A stretch of DNA of 63,365 bases, the filler included, from Octopus bimaculoides (lineage: Eukaryota), in assembly GCF_001194135.2 (NCBI RefSeq). It is 8 parts of 6 records of this genome, joined end to end, with 100 filler letters (N's around TTAATTAATTAA, not from the genome) between each part and the next. Parts side by side here need not be neighbours in the genome. Positions count along the whole stretch, not along the records: positions 49,884 to 54,253 come from NC_068994.1; positions 54,354 to 58,245 come from NC_068982.1; positions 58,346 to 60,946 come from NC_069005.1; positions 61,047 to 63,365 come from NC_068988.1; 4 more parts are not named here. One strand, written 5' to 3'. Shown here piece after piece: positions 51,675-63,365 of the stretch (its first letter is position 1; every line of letters begins with the position of its first letter). Position numbers and translations under genes: made by a program. Under the pieces are notes generated by a model. That model was not told where the DNA came from. It saw only the letters and a list, made by a program, of their open reading frames with translations, and did not search any database.

Positions 51675-51837
51675 GACTGGTTCTTTTCAGCTTTCGTCTA
51701 CCAAATCCACTTTCAAGGTTTTGATTGGCTCGAGGCTATAGTAGAAGATACTTGCCGAAGGTGTCACGCAGTGAAACTGAACCCGGAACGATGTGAATGG
51801 GAAGCAAGCTTCTTACCACATAGCCACGCCTGCGCCT
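51675..51837 (-). mobile_element. tRNA-derived SINE, family A head
   Basis: Reverse complement of the head motif. Confidence 0.85.
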
Positions 51838-52164
51838 AATGTACCCTGAAAAATACACCCGGAATTTCATGTCTGGTTAGTCATTTATGATAAGTCTGTT
51901 CCATCAGATTAATCTTGATTTTAAATAATAGCAGCAACAACAACGATAACATACGACAGAGTGGAGATTCAACGTGTTTGTTCGACCTGCTAGAAAAAGC
52001 AGCCAAATCTCCCCACCCCCAAAATGACTCTTGTAAACACGAAAGATAAAGTCGTCTTAATAAGTTAATGACTGAAAACAGATTGGCATGGTCACGGCCA
52101 GAATACCGTTGATCACAGGATTGTTGGATCACGGTTAACCTAGGGCTAACCAACAACCTTCTCC

Positions 52165-52390
52165 GAATTATCTTCTTGAATCATACCGACTCATAAGGGC
52201 CGGTTTCCCGGTTTCCATGGCGCATAAATTCCCCACCTGGACGGGACTCCGGTCCAACGCAGCGTTACTCATTTTTGTCACCTGAGTGGACTGGAGCAAC
52301 GTGAAATGAAGTGTTTTGCTCAAGAACACAATACATCGCCCGGTCCAGTAATCATGAGTCAAACGCTATAACCACTAAGCCACGCGCCTC
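52165..52390 (-). mobile_element. tRNA-derived SINE, family C, with a V-domain-like core
   Basis: Minus head gaggcgcgtggcttagtggtta; core gcgttggaccggagtcccgtccaggtgggg. Confidence 0.7.
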
Positions 52391-52724
52391 AATAATCAAC
52401 AACTGACATACAGGACTGATACTGGACAGCGGAGGAAATGTAACTTGCCATGCAGGATGTCCGTTTGCATCGCCACCCGGTACGTTTAATGAGAAGACGC
52501 TGGGGGTAGGTAAAGGCTATGGTCTTTCTCCACCCTGTGGGGAGCGGGGAGCGGAAGAACGTGGTATATACAGGACAATGGATGTATAAATAGTGACTTT
52601 TGTTATTGGGCCAAAATAGCACACTTTCTATGTAATTGGTCTGGACTGGTCGGTCGGTCGGTCGGTCTGTAGCAGCGGACCACAACCAGCACAACCATCG
52701 CAGCACTATCGCCGCAGGCACAAT

Positions 52725-52739
52725 CGTTGACATCATCAT

Positions 52740-52789
<50 letters not shown>

Positions 52790-53390
52790 GCAGCAATAAG
52801 CAATTATAACTTCATCAGCTTCAGCTTCATCGTCATCGTCATGAACATGATCGTTATCATCATCATCATCATCATCGACGTGGTCGTCACAATCACCACC
52901 TCCACTATTACCTCCTCCACCACAACCACCACCACCACCACTACTATTACCACCACTACCACCATCATCATAATCGTCATCATCCACCACCACCACCATA
53001 GTCATCATCACTATCATCATCATCATAACCACTACTACCACCACCACCACCACCCCCCACCAACACCACCACCACTACCACTACCACCACCAACGTCACC
53101 ACCACTACTAATAACTCTGTCATCATTATCACAATCGTCATCATAATGGTGATGGTCGTCAAGGCCGTCATCATCACCATCATCATCAACATCATCATCA
53201 TCGTCATCGTCACAAACATCCTCATCATCACCACCATCATCATCATCATCATCATCAACATCATGACAATCACCATCATCATCATCATCGTCATCATCGT
53301 CAGCATCGGCATCATCACTACCATCATCATCATCATCATCGCCGCCGCCGCCGCCGTCGTCGTCGTCGTCGTGGTCGTCATCCTCCACTT
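52725..53390 (+). repeat. Mosaic trinucleotide tract (CAT/CAG/CAC/CGT)
   Basis: Direct reading. A similar mosaic lies at 36395-36640. Confidence 0.95.
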
Positions 53391-53964
53391 GATGCTATTT
53401 CTTGAAAAAAAAAAAAAAGAAGTTTGTTTCTTCCCGTTTCATTAATGAATATTCATAAGCAGTTAATTATATATTCATCAGCCTCATTATTATTCATGAC
53501 ATTCTCCGCCATCTTCTAATCTCTCGCTACCACTCCATTGGATATTCATCTCTTTTTACTTAGCAGTCCTCCATTTTGTTGGCTTCTTCTTGTGCTTGTT
53601 GTTGTTGTTGCTGTTGTTGCTGTTGTTGCTGTAGTAGAGTGGTTGATGGATGCGTGGGTGTAGATGCATTATGCATAGTCTTTGGAGTATAAATATATAT
53701 AAATGTTGTGTGTGTGAGTCTGTGTGTATGCGTGTGAATATAGCTACACACCTATNNNNNNNNNNATATATACATATACATATATATGTATATATATAGA
53801 TACATACATACATACATACATGCATACATACATAAATATATATGTATGAATCTATGCATGTATGTTTATATGTATATACACATATCTATATACATATATA
53901 TTTATGTATATAAGTATGTGCGCGTGATTATGTATGAGCGTGTATATGTATCTATAAATATGAA

Positions 53965-54010
<46 letters not shown>

Positions 54011-54211
54011 TATATATACACGGGTACATACATATATATACATATATATATATATTTATGGATATATATATATATTTATATGCTTACATGTATGCCTCTA
54101 TCTATATAAATATTTTGATGCATATCTATATACTCACATACACGTGTGTGTGTGTGTATGTGTATGTGTGTATGTGTGTATGTGTGTGTGTGTGTGTGTG
54201 TGCGTGCGTGC

Positions 54212-54253
<42 letters not shown>

Positions 54254-54353
54254 NNNNNNNNNNNNNNNNNNNNNNNNNNNNNNNNNNNNNNNNNNNNTTA
54301 ATTAATTAANNNNNNNNNNNNNNNNNNNNNNNNNNNNNNNNNNNNNNNNNNNN

Positions 54354-54413
<60 letters not shown>

Positions 54414-55349
54414 TTTGTGTGTGTGTGTACGACTTTCAGTTTATATCTACCAAATGGACTCACAAGGATTTGTTCAACACATAAAAAGATAGGTAGAGAA
54501 ATATTATTGTCTGAAATCAGTGATGCCAGTAACATTTTCTTCTGACAACGCCGCTAAAAATAATTTGAAATATTCTTGAAGATAAATCATGGTAACAAAC
54601 GGTAAAAGCTTTCGAGTTTGCACACGTTTATAACAAATATGGACAATGTACTGATTGATGAGACCAAAATTTAGAAGCTAAACAGACTTACTTTGTTCAA
54701 ATGACATCATTAACAAAACATCAATCACATGATCGTCGTCTTCTATAAAACAGCAATACAATACGTCATTAAAATCGCCTTCATCCACAAAATAATAATG
54801 GGGTAGTCTGGAAAAGCGAGGACCTAGAGAATACTGTTCCAAATTAACTGTAAAGGATTATTGGGGAACAAAATAAGTGTAGTATAAAGAACATGAATAA
54901 GTTCCACTTTTATTATTTTTAACGACACATATTGACCGTAAATTTATTTTCGAAATAAAAACATAAACTGATTGATATTGGTACTTACACGCGCGCGCAT
55001 ACATACGTACACAGGCACATAAGCACACAGAGGCACGCATACATGCACGCAGAGAGGCACGCACAAACATACATACGTTCGTCGACATACATACATAAAT
55101 ATATACAATAAACATGTATACATATATATGTGTGTGTACAAAGCACAACACGTAAAACTTGCATTGATACCTAAATCGAAAACAAAAGATCGTATCCCAA
55201 GGAAAGTTTTCTATCTTTCAACGAACAAAAATTGTAAGCAGTAAAACTTAAAGCATACCGAGCAGACGAGATTATGAATCAGCTGCAACGAATAAAATAA
55301 ATACCCAAAATACCCACTCTCTCCCTTCACTTCTCTTAGTTGATCTTCT

Positions 55350-55394
<45 letters not shown>

Positions 55395-55417
55395 NNNNNN
55401 NNNNNNNNNNNNNNNNN

Positions 55418-55451
<34 letters not shown>

Positions 55452-56524
55452 CACAATGTAAATACCGTGTTATATACATCAATATATTTATCGTAGGATC
55501 TACTGCTTCAGATATTCGTTTCGGTGCGTCCATGGTTCCGTCTTAATCAAATGATCCACTGATAATATAAGGAACACGGACTAAAATCTTCAGAGCCAAC
55601 GCAAAGGAACTGCCAACTAATGTACTAGTAATTAATCTAAACCTGAAGTATTAAAATCTGTATTTGCACGAATTCATATAAATACATATAGTTAACAGTA
55701 TTGGTTTCAGTTATTTATTCAGCGATTATAAATAAACTGTGACAAGAAAAGTAACAAGAACACTAAGGCGCCAATATAATTCTGAATAATAAGGCTACTG
55801 GTACAAATGCAGGGATTGCATCATTTCGATCCAATGTAATATGGCGTAAATTTCTTCATGATTTTACAGTCGATACTATGTGGTGTGCAATTGGTCTGCA
55901 GATACCCCACATATCTAACCAACTTAGTTGCTTTATTTTTGGCAATGTACCGGAAAGACGACCTGTGGTTTGCATAACGTATTTATGACTGACTTTGTAA
56001 AAAGCGAGTTAATTGAATTAGCTACTCCACGTGTCAAGACGCCTAAGCTTCCCAACTCAATCAGGTAAGACAGAAGCAGTGCTGCAAGATAACGTATACG
56101 AAAATAAAAACTATGTTTCTACGTTTCTCTCCCAATATCACTTGACAATATGTTTACACCCAATAAACTAATGGTGCAGCGATGGATTAAGAATCTGCCT
56201 GAAGAAAAAGATAAGGATTATGTACATTAATTTCCCAAAAATCCTTCATGACGGGGTCACAGGATTGCCGCAGGTAAATAACTGAGATATCTATCTAAAT
56301 ATCTATCTATCTACCTATCTGTTGTTCTGATGATGATAGCTGACATTGCAACATATTTTATTTTGCTAAAATAGCTTGAAACTATGGCTCAGAAAATAGA
56401 TTGGTAAATGTTCTTATTTTTTATTCCCTTTCGAAATCATCCCTCATTGTGGTAGAGTGTTTGACTGCTCTTTCTGGCGGGTTAGATGTCCTATTATAGG
56501 CATCTCTGTATTTTAAATGAATAA

Positions 56525-56578
<54 letters not shown>

Positions 56579-56581
56579 ACT

Positions 56582-56622
<41 letters not shown>

Positions 56623-56754
56623 CAAAGTAACATACCGAGGAAAAGAAATCCCTCAAAGTAGTGTGTTAAACATCAATCCAATAATTTATATATATTAAAA
56701 AAAAAATAGACGGCTCGAAGTTAGTCCCTTATTGTTTTCTCGAGTATAAAAATA

Positions 56755-57469
56755 CCATTTTTGCATCAAATCATCACTTGTGATGAGAAATGCATACTCT
56801 TGGCAACAGCAGGAGAACAGGACAGTGATTAGAGGCAGGAGAGTCATCTACACCTACAATTGCACCCTAAAAAGTTAGTGGTCACTGTATGGTGGTCTGT
56901 GAAGGTGAGTTATTCATTATTAATTTTTGCAACAAGGAAAAATGGTAACTGCAACATCGTATTGCCAGGAAATTGATTGTACGCAAGAGAATTTGAAAAA
57001 AAAAAAAGCAACCCAGGATGGTGAATAGAGATGGCCCGATATTGCTCCACGGCAATGCACGTCAACACACTTCTGAAGCTACAGTTCAAAAGTTTTTGAA
57101 CCGTATTATGAGATCTTGCAACATTATGAGATCTTCCAACATCTACTAACATCTTGGAACATTATGAGATCTTGCAACATCCTCCCTATTCCCCTGATAT
57201 CTCTGCAACTGAACATCACTTATTTAAGTATTTTGATCTTTTCATAAGCAATAAAACGTTCTTAAACCAAGAAGAGGTAATTGAAGAATATGAAAAGCAA
57301 CAGATGAATTTTTTTTAAAGATAGAATATATGACATAGAGAAACGTTGGGTAAACGTGATAAATGAACATGGCTCATAGTCTGACTAAATAAATCAATTT
57401 TCAAACATTTCATTGAAACATTTCATTGTTAATTTTCAAATGTGACATTTCATGTGAAACAACCTAATA
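56755..57469 (+). mobile_element. Mariner transposon 3' half with right TIR
   Basis: IITCDEK, LHPKKLVVTVWWS, ILLHGNARQH, HPPYSPDISATEHHLF, KRWVNVINEHG. Ends caacctaa|ta. An internal tandem duplication of attatgagatcttgcaac lies at 57105-57178. Confidence 0.88.
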
Positions 57470-58179
57470 TATATATATATATGCGTGTGTGTGTGTACGT
57501 ACGTGCCTGTAAGTGTGTGTGTGAGTGTGTGTGTGTGTGTATGTGTGTGAGTCTGTGTGTGTGGGTGTGTCTGTGTGTCGAAAGGTTGAATTTTATTTCA
57601 TCCTTTAATTTGGAGGGTTCCAAAGGCCGATTTCTAACAACGATACTTCATATTTCGTTGGTAGCTTACTGGCGTAAGATCTTTACAAGTATGAAGTCAT
57701 TATTACGTGTATATGGTGTGTTATAAGAATTTATTGAAAAGTATTCCATTGAAGCTCAACAAATTGTTACAAGATAGAGAAGAGAAGCTGTTAGAATTTG
57801 GAATGGATTTTAATACGAACAGCGATATTAAACATGTAAATAACATTGTGAAATAAACTTATTCAAATTAAATTAATTACAAATCACTGTTCTCCTCAGT
57901 GCAAAACTAATACATCAAAATTTATTATTATTATTTTTACAGTGGACTAGATGGAGGAAATAGCAAACGACATATTCGGATAAACATATTTTATTCTTAT
58001 GAAGAATTAAGAGCATACTAAAAGAAAGTTGTTGAGTCTAGTTGTGTTTAAACCAAAACTCTTAAAATCCTTTTCAAACTCGAACATCTCTTTCACCATA
58101 TTTTAACAATGTGTTGAGTTTCTGTGGGATACTATTCCATAAATTCTCATAACAAATCATATATATGCACACACACACA

Positions 58180-58218
<39 letters not shown>

Positions 58219-59060
58219 ACATACACACACACACACACATATATANNNNNNNNNNNNNNNNNNNNNNNNNNNNNNNNNNNNNNNNNNNNTTAATTAATTA
58301 ANNNNNNNNNNNNNNNNNNNNNNNNNNNNNNNNNNNNNNNNNNNNGTCAAAGCTGCTTTGTGGTCCCTTCTTCACACAGACAATCTTTTTGCTGAGGGAA
58401 ATTTGGTTGCGTAAATAAAAATGTTACTTAATAAGAACCTTTGTAATTTCTGGAAGAGATTTGAAACCTCCTGGAATTTAAGATATGGCTTCTGATATTG
58501 GTTACTGATTAATTAAAACTTCCGTATTGCATATTTAGATTATGTTAAAGAACCAAGATGCACATGACCAACCTATTACCAACAATACAGATGGCTGCTA
58601 TGACAATGAAGTCACTTTAGAGAAAAACTAAACTACAATTTACATCTTGTAAGTAATTATACTTTTTGCAGCCAACTAATTGTGTGTATGTGTGTATGTG
58701 TCTTCATGTATAAGACTGTTGTTATACATGTGTGTATGAGTGTGTAAATCTAGGAATTAAAATTTGGATATTGTAGAATTGAATTCAGTTTCCTGCAATC
58801 TTTCTTTGATTAAATTCAAATTACGACAAACGTAAATAAACAAACGAAGTTTGTTTTTAGAAGCGTTGAGATGTCTTTTAGAAAGTTAAAGAAGTGATTT
58901 TAAATTCTCAATCGCAGAATAATGCTAATAATGTAGCCTGAACAGGATAAACTATCCCTATTTTGCAGAGAAAAGTGTAGGTGGCTAGCTGTGGACTTTT
59001 ATTGATGATAAGTTTTATTTTGGGAGAAACACAGATATTTTTCTTTTTTCTTTCTTTTAG

Positions 59061-59108
59061 ACTACCACGTTTGAGCATGAAGGCCACAAAATCAAAATCA
59101 TCCAGCTG
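59061..59108 (+). CDS. Candidate 48-nt exon, gene and frame unresolved
   Basis: Long polypyrimidine tract ending ttttag| and donor ctg|gtaatt. Two open frames: TTTFEHEGHKIKIIQL or LPRLSMKATKSKSSS. No homology evidence available. Confidence 0.45.
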
Positions 59109-59249
59109 GTAATTGTGAAGAAAGAGAACAGAGGTTGAAGGNNNNNNNNNNAAAAAAAAAAAAAAAAAAAAAAAAAAAGGACTCTTTTGTGTTTCTCAAC
59201 ACTGTTGAATATAAGATGAATCTCTGAGGTTAATCAGAAGAAATTTGGA

Positions 59250-59760
59250 TCATTTTTACATCAGACATTGATGGGCTGTTTCCAGTACATCTCATTACTG
59301 CTTGTGATCCATTGTTATCTCCTTCATGAAGTTAAGCCTCCTGAGATGAACTTTCACTACTTTATCCCATGTCTTTCTCTTCCACGAGTTCCTCCTATGT
59401 GGATCACTAGTCACTTCTTTACTATCATCACATGTCCCATATCAGCAAGATCTCTTTTATACACTACAGCTAATAACTCGTCTTACACCCTGTTTCCTTT
59501 CCCATCATTTATGCTGTTGTTTGTGTACACCAATATTACACATCCATCAGAACATGCATGCTTGCCTCATATTTTTCATCCTTTGTACATCCTTTGCAAT
59601 TAATGCTCCATGTTTCACTACCATGTAACAACACAAGCATCAAACTAAACACCCTTCACTTAGAATTCTTTTCTTTTGCCAGCAGAGGCATAGAAATAGC
59701 TCTAAACTATTTCCATTTCCATTCTCATTCTGGCAACAATGCTTTCAGATCTCTCATCTT
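59250..59760 (-). mobile_element. RTE-like LINE RT C-terminal fragment, decayed
   Basis: Minus strand ttacatggtagtgaaacatgg (LHGSETW motif) followed by typical downstream remnants. Confidence 0.6.
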
Positions 59761-60387
59761 TGTTGCTAAAGAGGTCATTTAAGTACCAAGAAGTATCAAC
59801 TACTACTTCTATGAAGCTTTCCAAGAATTTGAAATGATTTGCTTCTTCTGTGTACCTACTACAAGCCATTTATTTTACAGACTATTATAGACGAATGGTA
59901 TGCTGTCAAAAACCTTCAAGATTTATTAATGTTAGGTATAGTGTGATTTGCTCTAAGATTCTCTGTAGTTTTCTCATTGTCTGAGACAGTGTTTGGTGCC
60001 TAGTCTTGACCAAATCCAAACTGCATCCCATCTTGCTTATCAGTTGTACTGAAACAATCTCCCTCGCCCAAGCAGCAGCTGACACAATAATACATCTGCA
60101 TCAGTTCTTGGGTATGACACCACTCTGTACTACCTCATTAACTATGTAACTGGGTGTTGAGAGAGAGAGAGAGAGAGAGAGACCTTGTTAGATGGTATTT
60201 TGATTGCAAGTGTCAACATTGAAAGCCATGTGGTAATAAATGTGAAGTGCTAGACTCCAATATTTTTCACTCCACCCCACTCACATTAACACTGTCAGTT
60301 TTGATCTAAAATATGGTTTCTATGATGAAATATCACTATCTGTATTTCAGTTTTTATTTATTATTTCTCCTAAATATGTCTATTTAA

Positions 60388-60762
60388 CCCTTCGAACACA
60401 TATTCAAATTTCATGGTCATTCCTAGAGTAATGTTAATTATCTGACGAGAAATAGAATTGATATTTTCTGCTTCTGCAATCCTTTTTCCAGTATATCCTA
60501 TCCTGTAAGTATGGTTTTCATGTTCACTGCTAAAAGTATTTGATACTTGCTCTATAAAACAGATATTTCATGAAATATGCGAAAAAAATTTTTTAAGAAA
60601 ATGTGAAAAATTGTAAAAATAAAAAAGAAAAGTGTTAATGGGGATATCACTGTTTCTTGCTACATAAGGAATAGATTTTTCAAAGCAATACGGTAAAACC
60701 ATTTTCCATAGTTAACAGTAATATAATTTCAAGTGAATATATCTGCTTTCCACATTCAAGGG
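60388..60762. mobile_element. piggyBac-type MITE
   Basis: TTAA|CCCTTCGAA ... TTCAAGGG|TTAA. Short imperfect TIRs with TTAA on both sides. Confidence 0.6.
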
Positions 60763-60812
60763 TTAAAATGAACAATGTTATTTTGTTTCACTTCTTTATA
60801 TTATTTCCTCAG

Positions 60813-60867
60813 ACAGAACATAGATTCAATAACCTTTTCCATACAGTCCAGTGTCTTTCAATATCTG
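60813..60867 (+). CDS. Weak candidate exon that could follow the 45731-45885 exon
   Basis: Acceptor ttatttcctcag|. In phase 2 it reads (K)QNIDSITFSIQSSVFQYL. The donor gtttgc is weak. Confidence 0.25.
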
Positions 60868-61046
60868 GTTTGCAACCCATCTGAGAATGCCTCTTGTTCT
60901 AGCATACAAAATTATCCATTTTAAAATCTTCATATCTACATTTAAANNNNNNNNNNNNNNNNNNNNNNNNNNNNNNNNNNNNNNNNNNNNTTAATTAATT
61001 AANNNNNNNNNNNNNNNNNNNNNNNNNNNNNNNNNNNNNNNNNNNN

Positions 61047-61300
61047 AGGTGCCTTAGGTAAAAAAAAAAAATATTCAGACAAATACATAACAAAAACACC
61101 AGGACTTACAAATATATATAACATACAGAAAATTGCACTACTGGGTACTGCACACATCCTACGCAAAACACTTTCGATACAGTAACCATAAGAGCACCAC
61201 AGCAAACCACAGCACATACCCAAGGCGCACAGAGCTGCGCTCGGCAGCGAAGTGAAAGCACGTTATAAAAATAAAACTACTGAACAATAATAATAATATT
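61047..61300 (+). mobile_element. R4/Dong-type non-LTR retrotransposon 3' end
   Basis: GALG..NIQKIALLGTAHILRKTL* followed by a short 3' UTR and an (AAT)n tail. Confidence 0.75.
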
Positions 61301-61701
61301 AACCCTTTCCCTTTCTACTACAGGCACAAAGCCCGAAAGGATGAAAGGCAAAGTCGAAAGGGTTTACGTTAGGAAAAACATTACGGCACCGTTTCTGGTG
61401 TTGCTGACATCTTCCATCTCATATCATAGGAATGTTTATTGGCTACAATTAATCAGCCGTCTTATCAATACCTTCCATCTTTACTTGTCCTTAGCACAGT
61501 CTTCGTTGCTCGCAGGGCACATTCACAACAAGCTTCTACTAACACACCTGCCTAGTCAATCATATCCAGTCAGGATCTTGTTGATATTTGACACACCATT
61601 CTTTAAATACCGTTCTCAAGCCACTCCTTTAGGCTTTACTCTTCACACACTGTTTTCTCTCGAAGCCCCGCACCCCCACCTCTTTCTTTCTTTCTTTTTT
61701 T

Positions 61702-61756
<55 letters not shown>

Positions 61757-62678
61757 CATCTTCCATTGTAACTTCAGGCGTGAATTGATAGATTAATCGA
61801 AATGTACGGAAAAACCAACCAGNNNNNNNNNNNNNNNNNNNNNNNNNNNNNNNNNNNNNNNNNNNNNNNNNNNNNNNNNNNNNNNNNNNNNNNNNNNNNN
61901 NNNNNNNNNNNNNNNNNNNNNNNNNNNNNNNNNNNNNNNNNNNNNNNNNNNNNNNNNNNNNNNNNNNNNNNNNNNNNNNNNNNNNNNNNNNNNNNNNNNN
62001 NNNNNNNNNNNNNNNNNNNNNNNNNNNNNNNNNNNNNNNNNNNNNNNNNNNNNNNNNNNNNNNNNNNNNNNNNNNNNNNNNNNNNNNNNNNNNNNNNNNN
62101 NNNNNNNNNNNNNNNNNNNNNNNNNNNNNNNNNNNNNNNNNNNNNNNNNNNNNNNNNNNNNNNNNNNNNNNNNNNNNNNNNNNNNNNNNNNNNNNNNNNN
62201 NNNNNNNNNNNNNNNNNNNNNNNNNNNNNNNNNNNNNNNNNNNNNNNNNNNNNNNNNNNNNNNNNNNNNNNNNNNNNNNNNNNNNNNNNNNNNNNNNNNN
62301 NNNNNNNNNNNNNNNNNNNNNNNNNNNNNNNNNNNNNNNNNNNNNNNNNNNNNNNNNNNNNNNNNNNNNNNNNNNNNNNNNNNNNNNNNNNNNNNNNNNN
62401 NNNNNNNNNNNNNNNNNNNNNNNNNNNNNNNNNNNNNNNNNNNNNNNNNNNNNNNNNNNNNNNNNNNNNNNNNNNNNNNNNNNNNNNNNNNNNNNNNNNN
62501 NNNNNNNNNNNNNNNNNNNNNNNNNNNNNNNNNNNNNNNNNNNNNNNNNNNNNNNNNNNNNNNNNNNNNNNNNNNNNNNNNNNNNNNNNNNNNNNNNNNN
62601 NNNNNNNNNNNNNNNNNNNNNNNNNNNNNNNNNNNNNNNNNNNNNNNNNNNNNNNNNNNNNNNNNNNNNNNNNNNNNN

Positions 62679-62722
<44 letters not shown>

Positions 62723-63365
62723 TGAAGGGGTGTATCAATGTATATGTGTATATAAAACATACTTATATGTGTGTAAGTTTATATACATACATACATACAC
62801 ATAAAAACACATGAGAGAATGCTGTAGGATAATGCTTCCCTTCATTTCCATTTAGGCACAAAACCCCCTTTATAGTAGAAAGCAATACAATGCAATAGGA
62901 AATAGCATTGTTCGCCACAACCTAAGTCCACACCTATGTATAAATTAATTTCTAACATTGGAACACTGTTCCAGATATTCGTTGGGAAGTGAACATAGGT
63001 GAAGGATCCTATCGTGGAATTCTCCAGTGGGTTATAAGGGAACGTAGCTTTTACCATTTACTTGCTGCATTCACTGGACTGCATTTGGAGAAGCAAACAA
63101 ACCATCACCGGTTGTCAAGCGGTTGTGGGAAACGAGCACAAAGATGCGAATACACACATACACACACAATGCATACAAACTTACATACATACATATATAT
63201 ATATATAAACAAATAGTAAATGAGTATATGCATATATACGTACAGGTATGTGCATACCGACATCCACCTGTATGTATAGGTGCATATCTGGGTACAGGAC
63301 ATTGCAAACAAAACGTAGACGAGAAAACACACAAGCCACATAGAGAACATTCTTCTTCATCAGCT

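Noticed and set aside
52727-53445. Poly-His/Asp/Met/Ile ORFs (also 19609-19888 and 36336-36800)
   Set aside because: Trinucleotide mosaics are open in several frames on both strands, with no splice or homology support.

Overview
Eukaryotic, AT-rich, microsatellite-saturated draft scaffold with many N gaps and TTAATTAATTAA gap linkers. The SINE and repeat repertoire looks like an octopus or other cephalopod genome (inferred from recognised repeat sequences, not from a search). One host gene is visible: three spliced, in-frame ankyrin-repeat exons on the + strand (35954-36108, 39915-39963, 45731-45885). The rest is mostly transposon material: a full-span Tigger/pogo element with TIRs, RTE, HERO, CR1/L2 and R4-type LINE fragments, two Mariner fragments, MITEs and many tRNA-derived SINEs. 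The most interesting part is a minus-strand cluster of Penelope-like elements (PLEs) at about 12.7-22.5 kb. It holds a nearly complete RT + GIY-YIG element with a candidate 5' intron and a C2H2-type zinc-finger motif ahead of the endonuclease. It also holds several type I hammerhead ribozyme motifs, three with unusually long stem II, and four with a mismatched 10.1-11.1 pair. More hammerhead-like motifs occur at 27.7 kb (inside a 74-bp-arm palindrome), 38.2 kb and 43.2 kb. All folds and translations were done by eye. Most ORFs in the supplied track are microsatellite or N-gap artefacts.
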